Source: Eubacteriales bacterium
Lineage (GTDB): Bacteria > Bacillota > Clostridia > Oscillospirales > CAG-272
Assembly (NCBI GenBank): GCA_045655565.1
Contig: JAZOPN010000054.1
Coordinates: 5,875 to 69,874 of the forward strand
Length of the DNA: 64,000 bases
Direction of reading: 5' to 3'
This document shows positions 1-8,129 of the stretch, one piece after another. Position numbers and translations under genes: made by a program. The first letter of the stretch is position 1. Each line of letters begins with the position of its first letter. The notes below the pieces were generated by a model. It made no database searches. It saw only the letters and a list, made by a program, of their open reading frames with translations, and was not told the origin of the DNA.

Positions 1-1020
1 AGGGAGCTTGTGAGCCGCAGCCTCAATGGGAACGAGCGAGCTTGTATCGTAGGTCGAGGGGAATAAGAACAGGTCTGAGCGCAGATAATAACCCTGAAGA
101 AGCTCTCTATCCGACACTCTACCTACCCAGATAACCTGCTCATCAAGACCAAGCTCTGTGGTGAGCTTCTTAAGCTCGTCGATATCGAAGCCATCGCCCA
201 CGAAGAGCATCTTGAAGTCGGGATTAGTTTCTTTTAGCACCGCGAGTGCGCGAATAAGCAGATCAAGGTTCTTATATATGGCAATACGACCAACGAAGAT
301 GAATACATTCTTCTGCCCATCGAGGTTGTGTATCTCGTTTACTCTTGCGATAAGCTCATCGGGGTTTGCAGGGTACTTAAGGTCTGTACCATTTCTAACA
401 ACTACGATGTCACCATTGTAGCCGTAGTCACGAAGAAGCTGACAGGACGCATTGTTAACAGTCCATACGCTGTCCGCCTTGTGGAACACCTTCATAATAT
501 ACTTCATCATAAACCATACGATAGGCTTGCCAAATATGCCCCACTTCTTAAAGAGACGCTCGAAGTCCTCGCGGAACTTGGTGTGCATAGTAGCAACAAC
601 GGGGATGTTACGCTGTCTACCTAGCTTAAGAGCATATCTACCCATAACGAAAGGCGAATGAGCGTGCACAATGTCAAGCTCTACATCCTTCATGCGCTTC
701 TTGAATGCGCCATCTGTGCCGGGGAAGCCCATACAATAGCCATAATCTGTCACCTGCATAGAGTTGCACCTAATAACCTCGAAGGGCTGGCAGTCAACAT
801 AGCCCGACTTCTTCGGTGGCTTCGGCACTATAACCTTACAGGTATAGCCCTCGGTATCATCAATATTCTTAGCATAGTATGTAACAACATTAGTAGGACC
901 GTCTATATTGGGATAATAGGAGTCCATAAGCTCTGCGACTCTCATGTGTACTTCCTCACAGGTCGCAGTTTCGGTAAGATTATCCTTTTCAGTAGTCATT
1001 TTTGTTTCCTCTTCCTTCAT
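1..1020 (-). CDS. Glycosyltransferase family 4 (GT-B fold); 3' end runs off the window
   Basis: Open minus-strand frame from the window edge to ATG at 1020. It is absent from the ORF track because no stop lies in the window. My translation reads ...YYPNIDGPTNVV..DIVHAHSPF..FVGRIAIYKNLD..FPSTYDTSSLVPIEAAA, a GT4-like pattern. Alternative starts with better SD at 999 (GAGGAA) and 945 (GAGGAAG). The listed + ORFs at 158-1023 are antisense shadows. Confidence 0.75.
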   Translation of the reverse strand, partial: MKEEETKMTTEKDNLTETATCEEVHMRVAELMDSYYPNIDGPTNVVTYYAKNIDDTEGYTCKVIVPKPPKKSGYVDCQPFEVIRCNSMQVTDYGYCMGFPGTDGAFKKRMKDVELDIVHAHSPFVMGRYALKLGRQRNIPVVATMHTKFREDFERLFKKWGIFGKPIVWFMMKYIMKVFHKADSVWTVNNASCQLLRDYGYNGDIVVVRNGTDLKYPANPDELIARVNEIHNLDGQKNVFIFVGRIAIYKNLDLLIRALAVLKETNPDFKMLFVGDGFDIDELKKLTTELGLDEQVIWVGRVSDRELLQGYYLRSDLFLFPSTYDTSSLVPIEAAAHKLP

Positions 1021-1220
1021 TAAAGTGATATTTACTTTGTAAAACAAACTACAAGGTTATTTTAGCACAAATTATATAAAAAATAAAGGCTTTTTGCAAC
1101 TTTTAATAAATTTTCAGTATTTGGGTATTGCAAAGGGTGGTAAAATGGTGTAAAATATAGTCAGGGGTGGCGTTATGTTAGCGTCACGCCTACCTAAACC
1201 TAAAAAGGAGGAGTGCCAGA

Positions 1221-1691
1221 GTGAGTAAGAGAATAAACGAAGCCTTTCTTAACCACTATATGGAGCTTGATAAGCTCTGTTGTACCAAGTTTGGTGTAAC
1301 GACCGGCGGTGTCGGCGAGTATATCAACCGGCTCAACAATGCGCGCTTCGCCCCCGACAGAGATGAGGTATTACCGAGGCTCGTTAGGTATCGGAATATA
1401 CACAAGCGCTTCTACTATGAACCCGGCGCTATCCGTAAGGATAAGGAGCTGACAAGTAAGGATATCGCTTGGATTGTCCGCTTTAAGCGCGAGATTATGA
1501 GAAAGCGCGACCCCATCTCACAATATCTAAAGAAAGCCAAGAAATATGCCCTCAAGAAGAAGCTGGCAACATTCTTCTGGATAGCCCTAATTCTCGCCCT
1601 TATTGGACTTGGCACAGTCATCTTCTTCCTGCTCACAAAGGAAGCGCCCCCCGCAGAAACCGCAGGGCTGTTATGCAATATGTTTATATAA
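1221..1691 (+). CDS. Hypothetical protein with C-terminal transmembrane anchor
   Basis: GTG start preceded by AAGGAGGAG. 156 aa with a basic linker and one hydrophobic helix (FFWIALILALIGLGTVIFFLL). A terminator follows. No family recognised. Confidence 0.6.
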   Translation: MSKRINEAFLNHYMELDKLCCTKFGVTTGGVGEYINRLNNARFAPDRDEVLPRLVRYRNIHKRFYYEPGAIRKDKELTSKDIAWIVRFKREIMRKRDPISQYLKKAKKYALKKKLATFFWIALILALIGLGTVIFFLLTKEAPPAETAGLLCNMFI

Positions 1692-1730
1692 AAATCGTCT
1701 TGGTTGTAATGCCCTCCAAGACGATTTTTT
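1692..1730 (+). terminator. Rho-independent terminator
   Basis: AAAATCGTCTTGG / CCAAGACGATTTT 13-bp stem followed by a T-run, immediately after the stop at 1691. Confidence 0.7.
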
Positions 1731-1810
1731 ATGAAAATGCAACCGATGTATTGCTTTCACAAAATCCGGGTGCTTTTATTCGGTTATGCCTAAATACCAC
1801 AGCCTAACTT

Positions 1811-2530
1811 TTATTTTCTTCTGCTTGCACGCCTATACTCGCTAGGCAGCATCGCTGTCTCCTTTTTGAAAACTCGGGTGAAGTAGTTAGCATCATAGAA
1901 GCCACACATAAACGCTACCTTGGTTATAGATAAGTCGCGTGTTTCGGCGCCGGCGAGCAGACGACGCGCATTTGCAATTCGTCTGTCGATAAGGTAGTCG
2001 GTCGGTGTCTTACCCACCTCGGACTTAAACAGACGACGCATATAGTCCTTGTTGTAGCCAAGATTATCGATAACCTCGGCAACTCTAAACTCCGGATCGG
2101 CGAACGAGCGATCTATCATCTCTCGCAGCATAGAAACACCATCGCTTACAGATGCGCCGGCATCATCACCGAGAGCCAACGAGCATATAGCCTCCATCAT
2201 ACATGCCAAAACCTTGCTTTCAGATACACCACCGAGAGTGTAGACCTTTACAATAAGTTCACCCAGCGTGAGCACGATACCCATCTTATCCTCGTAGATA
2301 ATCGGGCAATCCGCTGCAATCGCGCCACCGTCATCAAAGTGTATGAGAATCTTCTTCGCACCCCGATACTCTGCCGTAGGCGTGCATCTTATGTCGGGCG
2401 GACACAGATAGACCAGCGCAGAACCTATCATATCAGGGCTCTTGTATATACACAACTCCCACTCGCCGTGCGAACGCGGTAGACTGTTGTCATTATCGGT
2501 AGCAAGTGCCAATAAAACTGTTTTCATCAA
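1811..2530 (-). CDS. AraC-family transcriptional regulator
   Basis: 239 aa. The C-terminal ~100 aa show the AraC dual-HTH pattern (..YMRRLFKSEVGKTPTDYLIDRRIANARRLL..ITKVAFMCGFYDANYFTRVFKKETAMLPSEYR). Confidence 0.8.
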   Translation of the reverse strand: MMKTVLLALATDNDNSLPRSHGEWELCIYKSPDMIGSALVYLCPPDIRCTPTAEYRGAKKILIHFDDGGAIAADCPIIYEDKMGIVLTLGELIVKVYTLGGVSESKVLACMMEAICSLALGDDAGASVSDGVSMLREMIDRSFADPEFRVAEVIDNLGYNKDYMRRLFKSEVGKTPTDYLIDRRIANARRLLAGAETRDLSITKVAFMCGFYDANYFTRVFKKETAMLPSEYRRASRRK

Positions 2531-2768
2531 TGTCTCCTATGCAATCATTGCCGAGGGTACAAACAAAAAGTGCACCCAATCAAGCGGCATAGCGCCACTC
2601 AAGAATAGTGGCAACCTAGCCCAAATCTCAAAAAAATAACATACACAATTATAACACTTTGTGACATAATGTCAATAGAAAATACGCATACAAAAATAGC
2701 ACAAAACAGAGATTTATCGGGACTAGTGTCGAAAATAGGACAGAGCACACCAAAAGTGGGCGCAGCAC

Positions 2769-2797
2769 TTGCATTTCTCCCCGATTTGTGGTAAAAT
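2769..2797 (+). promoter_or_regulatory. Sigma-A-like promoter for the GDPD gene
   Basis: TTGCAT-17 nt-TAAAAT with TG upstream of the -10 (TGGTAAAAT), ~50 nt upstream of the start at 2846. Confidence 0.45.
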
Positions 2798-2845
2798 TAG
2801 TACACAAGAGCAAAAAAGGCATATCCAAAGAAAGGAGACTGGATA

Positions 2846-3871
2846 TTGAAAAAGGTTAAAGGGCAGGGACTACGTATAGCCGCGCTGGTGGTACTTGTGC
2901 TAATGCTTATATATACCGTCCTCGCAGTATGGCCTCGCGCGCTGTGCTATACGGGCGAAAACAAAATGCTAAAGAATGGCGAATTACCCATACTTATCGC
3001 ACACGGCGGTGGCAATAGAGAGTTTCCGGACAATACTCTTGAGGCGTTCTATAACGCTTACAGCGTGGACAACAATGTAATGATGGAGACCGATGTCAGT
3101 ATAACCAAGGATGGCGTCGTTATCCTATCCCACGATACAACCCTCGACCGCAAGACTAATGTCACGGGCGAGATATCCGAGCATAACTATACAGACCTGC
3201 TCGACAACAAGGTGGACTTCGGCTACACCAACAAACGCGATGAGAATGGCAACAGATCAGAACTTATCCCTTTCACAAGAGATGATGGAACAAGGGTGAC
3301 GCCCCTCGATGTCAACTATCCCTCAGGGGTATCTCCCAGAGATAATGATAGGTTTCTAGTCACATCGCTCAGGGACCTATTAATCTGCTTCCCGAATAAC
3401 AGAATAAATGTCGAGATAAAGCAGTCAGGCGAGATGGGCAAGAGGTGTCTTTACGCTGTGCTCGACCTTCTTCGCGAACACGAAGCTTTTGACCGCGTGG
3501 TTTTAGCAAGCTTCCACAACGAGATAACCGCAGAGTTTCTGCGCCTATACAGTAGAGGTGAGGTACCCGAGGGCTTTATGTTCTCACCGGATATAAATGG
3601 CGTTATAAAATTCTATGTATTACACCTAACAGGCCTCGATGTGTTTTACACCGACCCCGTGTGCGCTCTGCAAATACCTATGGAGGAATACGGCTTCAAG
3701 CTTGCGACAGCTCAACTTGTCGATGCCGCGCACAGACACGGCATAGCAACCCACTTCTGGACAATAAACGATAAAGAGGATATGGAATACCTAATCAATA
3801 TAGGCGCCGACGGTATTATGACCGACTACCCCCACAGACTAAAGGAAGTATATGACGCCTACGGCAAGTAG
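2846..3871 (+). CDS. Membrane-anchored glycerophosphodiester phosphodiesterase (GDPD family)
   Basis: TTG start after AAGGAGA. N-terminal TM helix, then HGG..EFPDNTLEAF...METDVSITKDGVVILSHD and C-terminal FWTIND..GADGIMTDYP, all GDPD hallmarks. Confidence 0.8.
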   Translation: MKKVKGQGLRIAALVVLVLMLIYTVLAVWPRALCYTGENKMLKNGELPILIAHGGGNREFPDNTLEAFYNAYSVDNNVMMETDVSITKDGVVILSHDTTLDRKTNVTGEISEHNYTDLLDNKVDFGYTNKRDENGNRSELIPFTRDDGTRVTPLDVNYPSGVSPRDNDRFLVTSLRDLLICFPNNRINVEIKQSGEMGKRCLYAVLDLLREHEAFDRVVLASFHNEITAEFLRLYSRGEVPEGFMFSPDINGVIKFYVLHLTGLDVFYTDPVCALQIPMEEYGFKLATAQLVDAAHRHGIATHFWTINDKEDMEYLINIGADGIMTDYPHRLKEVYDAYGK

Positions 3872-3920
3872 AACAACCGCTAGAAAACAAAAGGCTAACA
3901 GCAGAAAAGCAAAGCAACAA

Positions 3921-3950
3921 AAAAGACTAACGACGTCGTGAGTCTTTTTT
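3921..3950. terminator. Bidirectional terminator between convergent genes
   Basis: AAAAGACT..ACGACGTCGT..AGTCTTTT palindromic hairpin flanked by an A-run and a T-run. It lies between the GDPD stop (3871) and the minus-strand stop at 3998. Confidence 0.6.
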
Positions 3951-3997
3951 CTTTAATACAAGCCGATATCCACCGACAAATAGTAAATAGTAAGAAC

Positions 3998-4504
3998 CTA
4001 TTTTATCTCTGGTAGCTTTTTCACAAGCACAGCACCCGAGATACCTATAACGATGCCGGCAATAGTGCCGGACAATACCAGATATGGTAGATAATATAGG
4101 ACAATATTTGTTTGCATTATCAGAGATGCCATCGCGATTTGCGCGAGATTATGTGACACGCCCCCAAGGCTACTGACACCTACGGTGCCGAGAGGCGTCC
4201 TGCGAAGCAGTATCATAATGAGGAGCGAGAGCACAGCCCCCGACATACCATAAATAAAGCTCGTCACGCTACCAAAGAGTAGCGAAGACAGACAAACGCG
4301 AAGGAGCGACACGCAGATGGCGTCACGCGCGCCAAGCCTATATAGGACGAATATTATCGCAATGTTAGCAAGTCCAAGTTTTATACCCGGAATAGGCACA
4401 AGGGGTGGTATTCTCGACTCAACAAAGGATAGCATAAGTGCCACCGCGACACAGACTGCAAGGGTCGTGATATGCCTAGCAGGAGATATTCTTCTCTCTT
4501 TCAT
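3998..4504 (-). CDS. Gx-transporter / heptaprenyl-diphosphate-synthase-component-I family membrane protein (ECF S-component-like)
   Basis: ~168 aa polytopic membrane protein (..ESRIPPLVPIPGIKLGLANI..). Start moved to ATG 4504, which has GGGGGTG as SD. It sits immediately downstream of a NusG-II gene, a pairing I recall as typical for this family. Confidence 0.65.
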   Translation of the reverse strand: MKERRISPARHITTLAVCVAVALMLSFVESRIPPLVPIPGIKLGLANIAIIFVLYRLGARDAICVSLLRVCLSSLLFGSVTSFIYGMSGAVLSLLIMILLRRTPLGTVGVSSLGGVSHNLAQIAMASLIMQTNIVLYYLPYLVLSGTIAGIVIGISGAVLVKKLPEIK

Positions 4505-4513
4505 ACGCACCCC

Positions 4514-4900
4514 CTATGACACAAGGTCGAGGTCACCCTCGCCTAGGTCATCGCCCACAACCGTGACGCTAACGCGATGTGGCAGGCAGATGATGCTTTG
4601 CCCCGAATACTTGACACGCCCCACGCCAACGCAGGTCTTGTCGGGGCAATTCGCGCTTTTCATATAAGCAGCACCGTCCTCTATTACAAGCAGGTTAGCC
4701 CCATCAAGAAGCGAATACTCGCCATTCTCGGCAAGCGAATACTCAGCCACTACCTCGCCATCTATCTCAACCACAATCTGCGCCCCCTGTTGTCTGAACA
4801 GAAGCGAGAGCACCAACCAAAGCAGCGCCACCAAAAGCAGCGTGGCAACCACAATTATATCGAGCCTTGTGCTCTTTTTTTCTTCACTACCACCAGCCAT
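4514..4900 (-). CDS. NusG domain II-containing membrane-anchored protein
   Basis: 128 aa with an N-terminal TM helix, then VVEIDGEVVAEYSL..LLVIEDGAAYMKSANCPDKTCV..IICLPHRVSVTV, the NusG_II small-domain pattern with a CPDxxC motif. Confidence 0.7.
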   Translation of the reverse strand: MAGGSEEKKSTRLDIIVVATLLLVALLWLVLSLLFRQQGAQIVVEIDGEVVAEYSLAENGEYSLLDGANLLVIEDGAAYMKSANCPDKTCVGVGRVKYSGQSIICLPHRVSVTVVGDDLGEGDLDLVS

Positions 4901-4937
4901 AATAAAATAGACGCTCCTTTCGTATGGATTGCACTTT

Positions 4938-4972
4938 CATTTTGATTAAACAAGGCTCCCACGGGAGCCTTG
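4938..4972 (-). terminator. Terminator/attenuator-like hairpin ~40 nt upstream of the NusG-II gene start
   Basis: CAAGGCTCCC/GGGAGCCTTG stem, followed on the minus strand by TTTAATCAAAATG. There is no room for a promoter between it and the ATG at 4900, so a leader attenuator is more plausible than a plain terminator. Confidence 0.45.
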
Positions 4973-5132
4973 CTGTCGTTTATTTTCCTTTAGGTAGTAT
5001 TTTGCGCAACCTTGGGTCAAAAAATCTACCTAAATAGTATGTCATTTGCATATTATTGTTTTCTATAATTTACAGAAAACACTAGCAAATCTTTTAATGA
5101 GAAATTTTTTCTTCAAAATTTGTGGCTCTTCA

Positions 5133-5440
5133 TCGCCAGCCGTAGAAAACTACGGCGAGCTTGGCGCACTCTCGGGCAAGATTAACCGAAAATAACCGTT
5201 AAAAGCTTGCTTTTAGCAGATTAGTTCAAGCTAAGGTTGTCAGAGAGAAGCCCGAAGCCGTAGAAATCTACGGTGAGTCTGGTAAGTCTCGTGCAGGATT
5301 AACCGAAAATAACCGTTAAAAGCTTGCTTTTAGCAGATTAGTTCAAGCTAAGGTTGTCAGAGAGAAGTCCGAAGCCGTAGAAAACTACGGCGAGCTTGGC
5401 GCACTCTCGGGCAAGATTAGCCGAAATAATCGCTAAAAGT
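5133..5440. repeat. Tandem repeat, period 117-118 bp, ~2.6 copies
   Basis: The GCCGTAG-N4-CTACGG hairpin recurs at 5139, 5257 and 5374. Copies 1 and 2 share an identical 70-nt core (5181-5250 = 5298-5367). Copy 3 matches copy 1 over ~46 nt and then merges into the rnfB 3' end/stop. Confidence 0.9.
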
Positions 5441-6248
5441 GGGCACCACAGATGAAGTTTCCCTCATGTATGCACTTTACAGGGCATACACCGGCACATA
5501 TACCGCATCCGGTACACTTGGAGTAGTCGATCACGGCTAGGTTATCCACTACGTGGATAGCATCGTTGGGGCAGGACTTCTCGCACTTACCGCAGGCTAT
5601 ACAGCCGTTGGTGCATGCCTTTCTGGTCTCGGCACCCTTATTGTGATTGGAGCACTCAACAACAACACGCGAGGTGTCGGTGATGAGATGGATAATGTCA
5701 TTCGGACAGGTTCTGGTACAGATTCCACAGCCTATGCACTTACGGGGATTGATGCGAGCGACGCCGTTCTCGATAGAGATAGCACCCTCTGGGCAAACCT
5801 TAACGCAGTCACCGTAGCCAAGGCAGGCAAAGGTGCACATACGGTCACCCGAATAACTCATATTGGCGGTGCGACAGCTCTCGACACCCTGATAATCGTA
5901 TCTCTTAGCAACAACATCACAGGTGCCGTTACAAGCGACATAGGCAACGCGCTCAACAACATCCTCTGCCTCAACACCGAGAATATCGGCAATATCACGC
6001 GCAGCGCCATCTCCACCGGGAACACAGAGGTTAGTTTTATCGCACTTGCCCGAGGCAAGGGCAGCGGCATAGCCATCGCAGCCGCTATAACCACACGCAC
6101 CACAGTTAGCACCGGGCAAGCAGTCGCGAATAGCCGCCTCCCTCTCGTCCACCTCGACACCGAAGTAGCGCTGTGCCAGAGTGAGAAGCACCGCACAGAC
6201 AATAGCAATAGCAAGAAGAATACCGACAGGAATAATAATTTCTATCAT
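5433..6248 (-). CDS. rnfB: Rnf electron-transport complex subunit B (polyferredoxin)
   Basis: N-terminal TM helix, a CxxCGxxGC cluster, then several CxxCxxCxxxCP 4Fe-4S motifs. Last gene of the rnfCDGEAB order. Confidence 0.9.
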   Translation of the reverse strand: MIEIIIPVGILLAIAIVCAVLLTLAQRYFGVEVDEREAAIRDCLPGANCGACGYSGCDGYAAALASGKCDKTNLCVPGGDGAARDIADILGVEAEDVVERVAYVACNGTCDVVAKRYDYQGVESCRTANMSYSGDRMCTFACLGYGDCVKVCPEGAISIENGVARINPRKCIGCGICTRTCPNDIIHLITDTSRVVVECSNHNKGAETRKACTNGCIACGKCEKSCPNDAIHVVDNLAVIDYSKCTGCGICAGVCPVKCIHEGNFICGAHF

Positions 6249-6261
6249 TTCGTCTACCTCC

Positions 6262-6861
6262 TTAAGCGAGCAGGTTCTCTACCACGCCGGCAAAGCCGAA
6301 GAACGCGAGCGCAACGATAGAGGCAGCAACGAGAGTAATGGGAACACCACGGAAGCTCTTAGGAGCAGCCTGCTCGGAAATTCTCGAGCGAACACCGGCG
6401 AATAGCACCATAGCAAGTAGGAAGCCAAGTCCAACACCGAGAGAGGATATCATCGACTCAAGGAAGCCGTATCCATCGGTGATGTTGTTAAGGGTTACGC
6501 CAAGAACTGCGCAGTTGGTAGTGATAAGGGGAAGATATACGCCGAGGGACGCGTGAAGCGCGGGTATAAACCTCTTTAGAACAATCTCAACAAACTGAAC
6601 AAGGGCAGCGATAACGAGGATGAATACAATGGTCTGTAAGTATGCAAGACCGAGTGGCTCAAGGACAAAGGTGTATATCGGCCAGGTTGCAGCGGTTGCA
6701 CAAAGCATAACGAATGTTACCGCGGCGCCCATACCAACCGCCTGGTCAGTCTTCTTAGATACACCGAGGAAGGGGCATATACCGAGAAACTGCTGAAGAA
6801 CATAGTTGTTGGCAAGCACGCCAGCCATAAGGATAAGAACAAGAGCCTTAAATTCAAGCAT
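6262..6861 (-). CDS. rnfA: Rnf complex subunit A
   Basis: 199 aa polytopic membrane protein with the RnfA/NqrE pattern (..LGICPFLGVSKK..LPLITTNCAVLG..). Confidence 0.9.
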   Translation of the reverse strand: MLEFKALVLILMAGVLANNYVLQQFLGICPFLGVSKKTDQAVGMGAAVTFVMLCATAATWPIYTFVLEPLGLAYLQTIVFILVIAALVQFVEIVLKRFIPALHASLGVYLPLITTNCAVLGVTLNNITDGYGFLESMISSLGVGLGFLLAMVLFAGVRSRISEQAAPKSFRGVPITLVAASIVALAFFGFAGVVENLLA

Positions 6862-7594
6862 TGTCTGCCACCTCCTTTACGGTTTCGGGAGCATCATCCG
6901 GGTGAGCCACAGCAAGCTCGGTTAGGTCGGAGCAGGATGTCTTGTTACACAGGTGTGCAGAGGGACAGCTCTCGCAGGAGAAGCTCTTGCGCTTTACTCC
7001 GCCACGACGCTCGGTGATTTTATTCATTATAGCGATTACGATACCGAACACGAGGAAGCCACCGGGCGACTGAACAAGAATCGGAATCTTAAACATAGAC
7101 ATAAAGGGTATAGCAATACCGCAGAATGTGCCAGCGCCAAGCACCTCACGAATGAATGCCATAACGAGAAGTGCTAAGAGGAAGCCAAGTCCCATTCCAA
7201 GACCGTCAATAGCTGAGTCAACAACGCCATTCTTTCTCGCGAACATCTCTGCTCTGCCAAGAATGATACAGTTAACAACTATCAGGGCGAGATATACGCC
7301 GAGCATCTCGTAAATCGAGGGCAGAAATGCCTGAAGCAGCATCTGCACCGCGGTAACAAAGCCCGCAATAATTACTATATAGCAAGGGATACGAACAACC
7401 TCGGGTATAACCTTGCGGAGTGCCGAGATAACGATGTTCGAGCATACAAGCACGACCGTCGCCGCAAGCCCCATCGAGAATGCGGATATAATACTGGTCG
7501 TAGTAGCAAGGGTGGGACAGGTACCGAGAACGAGTATAAGAACAGGGTTCTCCATAATAAGTCCCTTGAGGAAAATCAAAAGTTTTTTATTCAT
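6854..7594 (-). CDS. rnfE: Rnf complex subunit E with a Cys-rich C-terminal tail
   Basis: RnfE/NqrD pattern (NPVLILVLGTCPTLATT..LIVVNCIILGRAE). Start moved to ATG 7594 (SD GGGGGGAGAA), which abuts the rnfG stop at 7596. The longer track ORF (to 7654) would overlap rnfG. Confidence 0.85.
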   Translation of the reverse strand: MNKKLLIFLKGLIMENPVLILVLGTCPTLATTTSIISAFSMGLAATVVLVCSNIVISALRKVIPEVVRIPCYIVIIAGFVTAVQMLLQAFLPSIYEMLGVYLALIVVNCIILGRAEMFARKNGVVDSAIDGLGMGLGFLLALLVMAFIREVLGAGTFCGIAIPFMSMFKIPILVQSPGGFLVFGIVIAIMNKITERRGGVKRKSFSCESCPSAHLCNKTSCSDLTELAVAHPDDAPETVKEVADNA

Positions 7595-7595
7595 C

Positions 7596-8129
7596 TTATT
7601 CTCCCCCCGTGATTGTAGCATAGGCATCAAGCGCAATCTTAACCGCGTTAGCATAACCTGTACCGGTCATTGTCGAGCCTGAAACCTCAAGAATAGGACT
7701 ATAATTTGAGCCGCTCATACCGACATACTTACTGCCATCACCATCAACGATAGCGAAAACAGGGTCCTTCTTCGAGGGGGTCTCGGAGTCGGTAGTGCAC
7801 TTAGTGCCGGTAATTTTACCATCCTGACCGATACCAACGAGTACAACCATACCCGTGTTATAGCCCTTAACGGTCATCTGGAATACATAGCCATTCTCAG
7901 CCTTGAAAATCTCGTCGATTTCCTTAGCGAACACGCCATCCTCATACTTATCGAGCACCTTCTCGACCTCACCGCAGTCGGGAAGCACAACCTCTAGTGC
8001 CGCCTGAATTTTAGCCTGCTCTGCCTGGTATATAATATCGGCAGTAAACATATTCACAACAGACAAAAGCAGTGCGACAACAAGGCAAATAGAGCCTAAA
8101 ACAACAGAGGGCATTAGCTTACTTTTCAT
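7596..8129 (-). CDS. rnfG: Rnf complex subunit G (FMN-binding)
   Basis: N-terminal TM anchor and FMN_bind-type site ..LEVSGSTMTGTGYANAVKIAL.. (flavinylation motif S-G-[AS]-T). Confidence 0.85.
   Translation of the reverse strand: MKSKLMPSVVLGSICLVVALLLSVVNMFTADIIYQAEQAKIQAALEVVLPDCGEVEKVLDKYEDGVFAKEIDEIFKAENGYVFQMTVKGYNTGMVVLVGIGQDGKITGTKCTTDSETPSKKDPVFAIVDGDGSKYVGMSGSNYSPILEVSGSTMTGTGYANAVKIALDAYATITGGE

Noticed and set aside
158-1023. Stack of overlapping plus-strand ORFs (87-121 aa) at the left edge, and similar long antisense ORFs elsewhere (e.g. 5553-6320, 8423-9106, 21530-22111, 22421-23197, 62350-63369).
   Set aside because: They lie antisense to well-supported genes (GT4, rnfB, rnfD, dnaK, aconitase). 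They overlap each other, lack SD sequences and translate to low-complexity S/R/L-rich strings. They are shadow ORFs of coding regions.
5133-5440. Could the tandem repeat be a CRISPR array?
   Set aside because: The units are contiguous 117-118-bp copies without unique spacers. There are no cas genes in the window, and the repeat length is far outside the CRISPR range.
6854-7654. Longer N-terminal extensions offered by the ORF track for rnfE (7654), dnaJ (21339), the AbrB-like gene (27188), remB (37519), spoVAC (43843), alaS (44591), mnmG (50491) and the GT fusion (57535).
   Set aside because: In each case an internal start has a proper SD and gives the canonical family N-terminus. The extension overlaps the upstream gene or a terminator/promoter.
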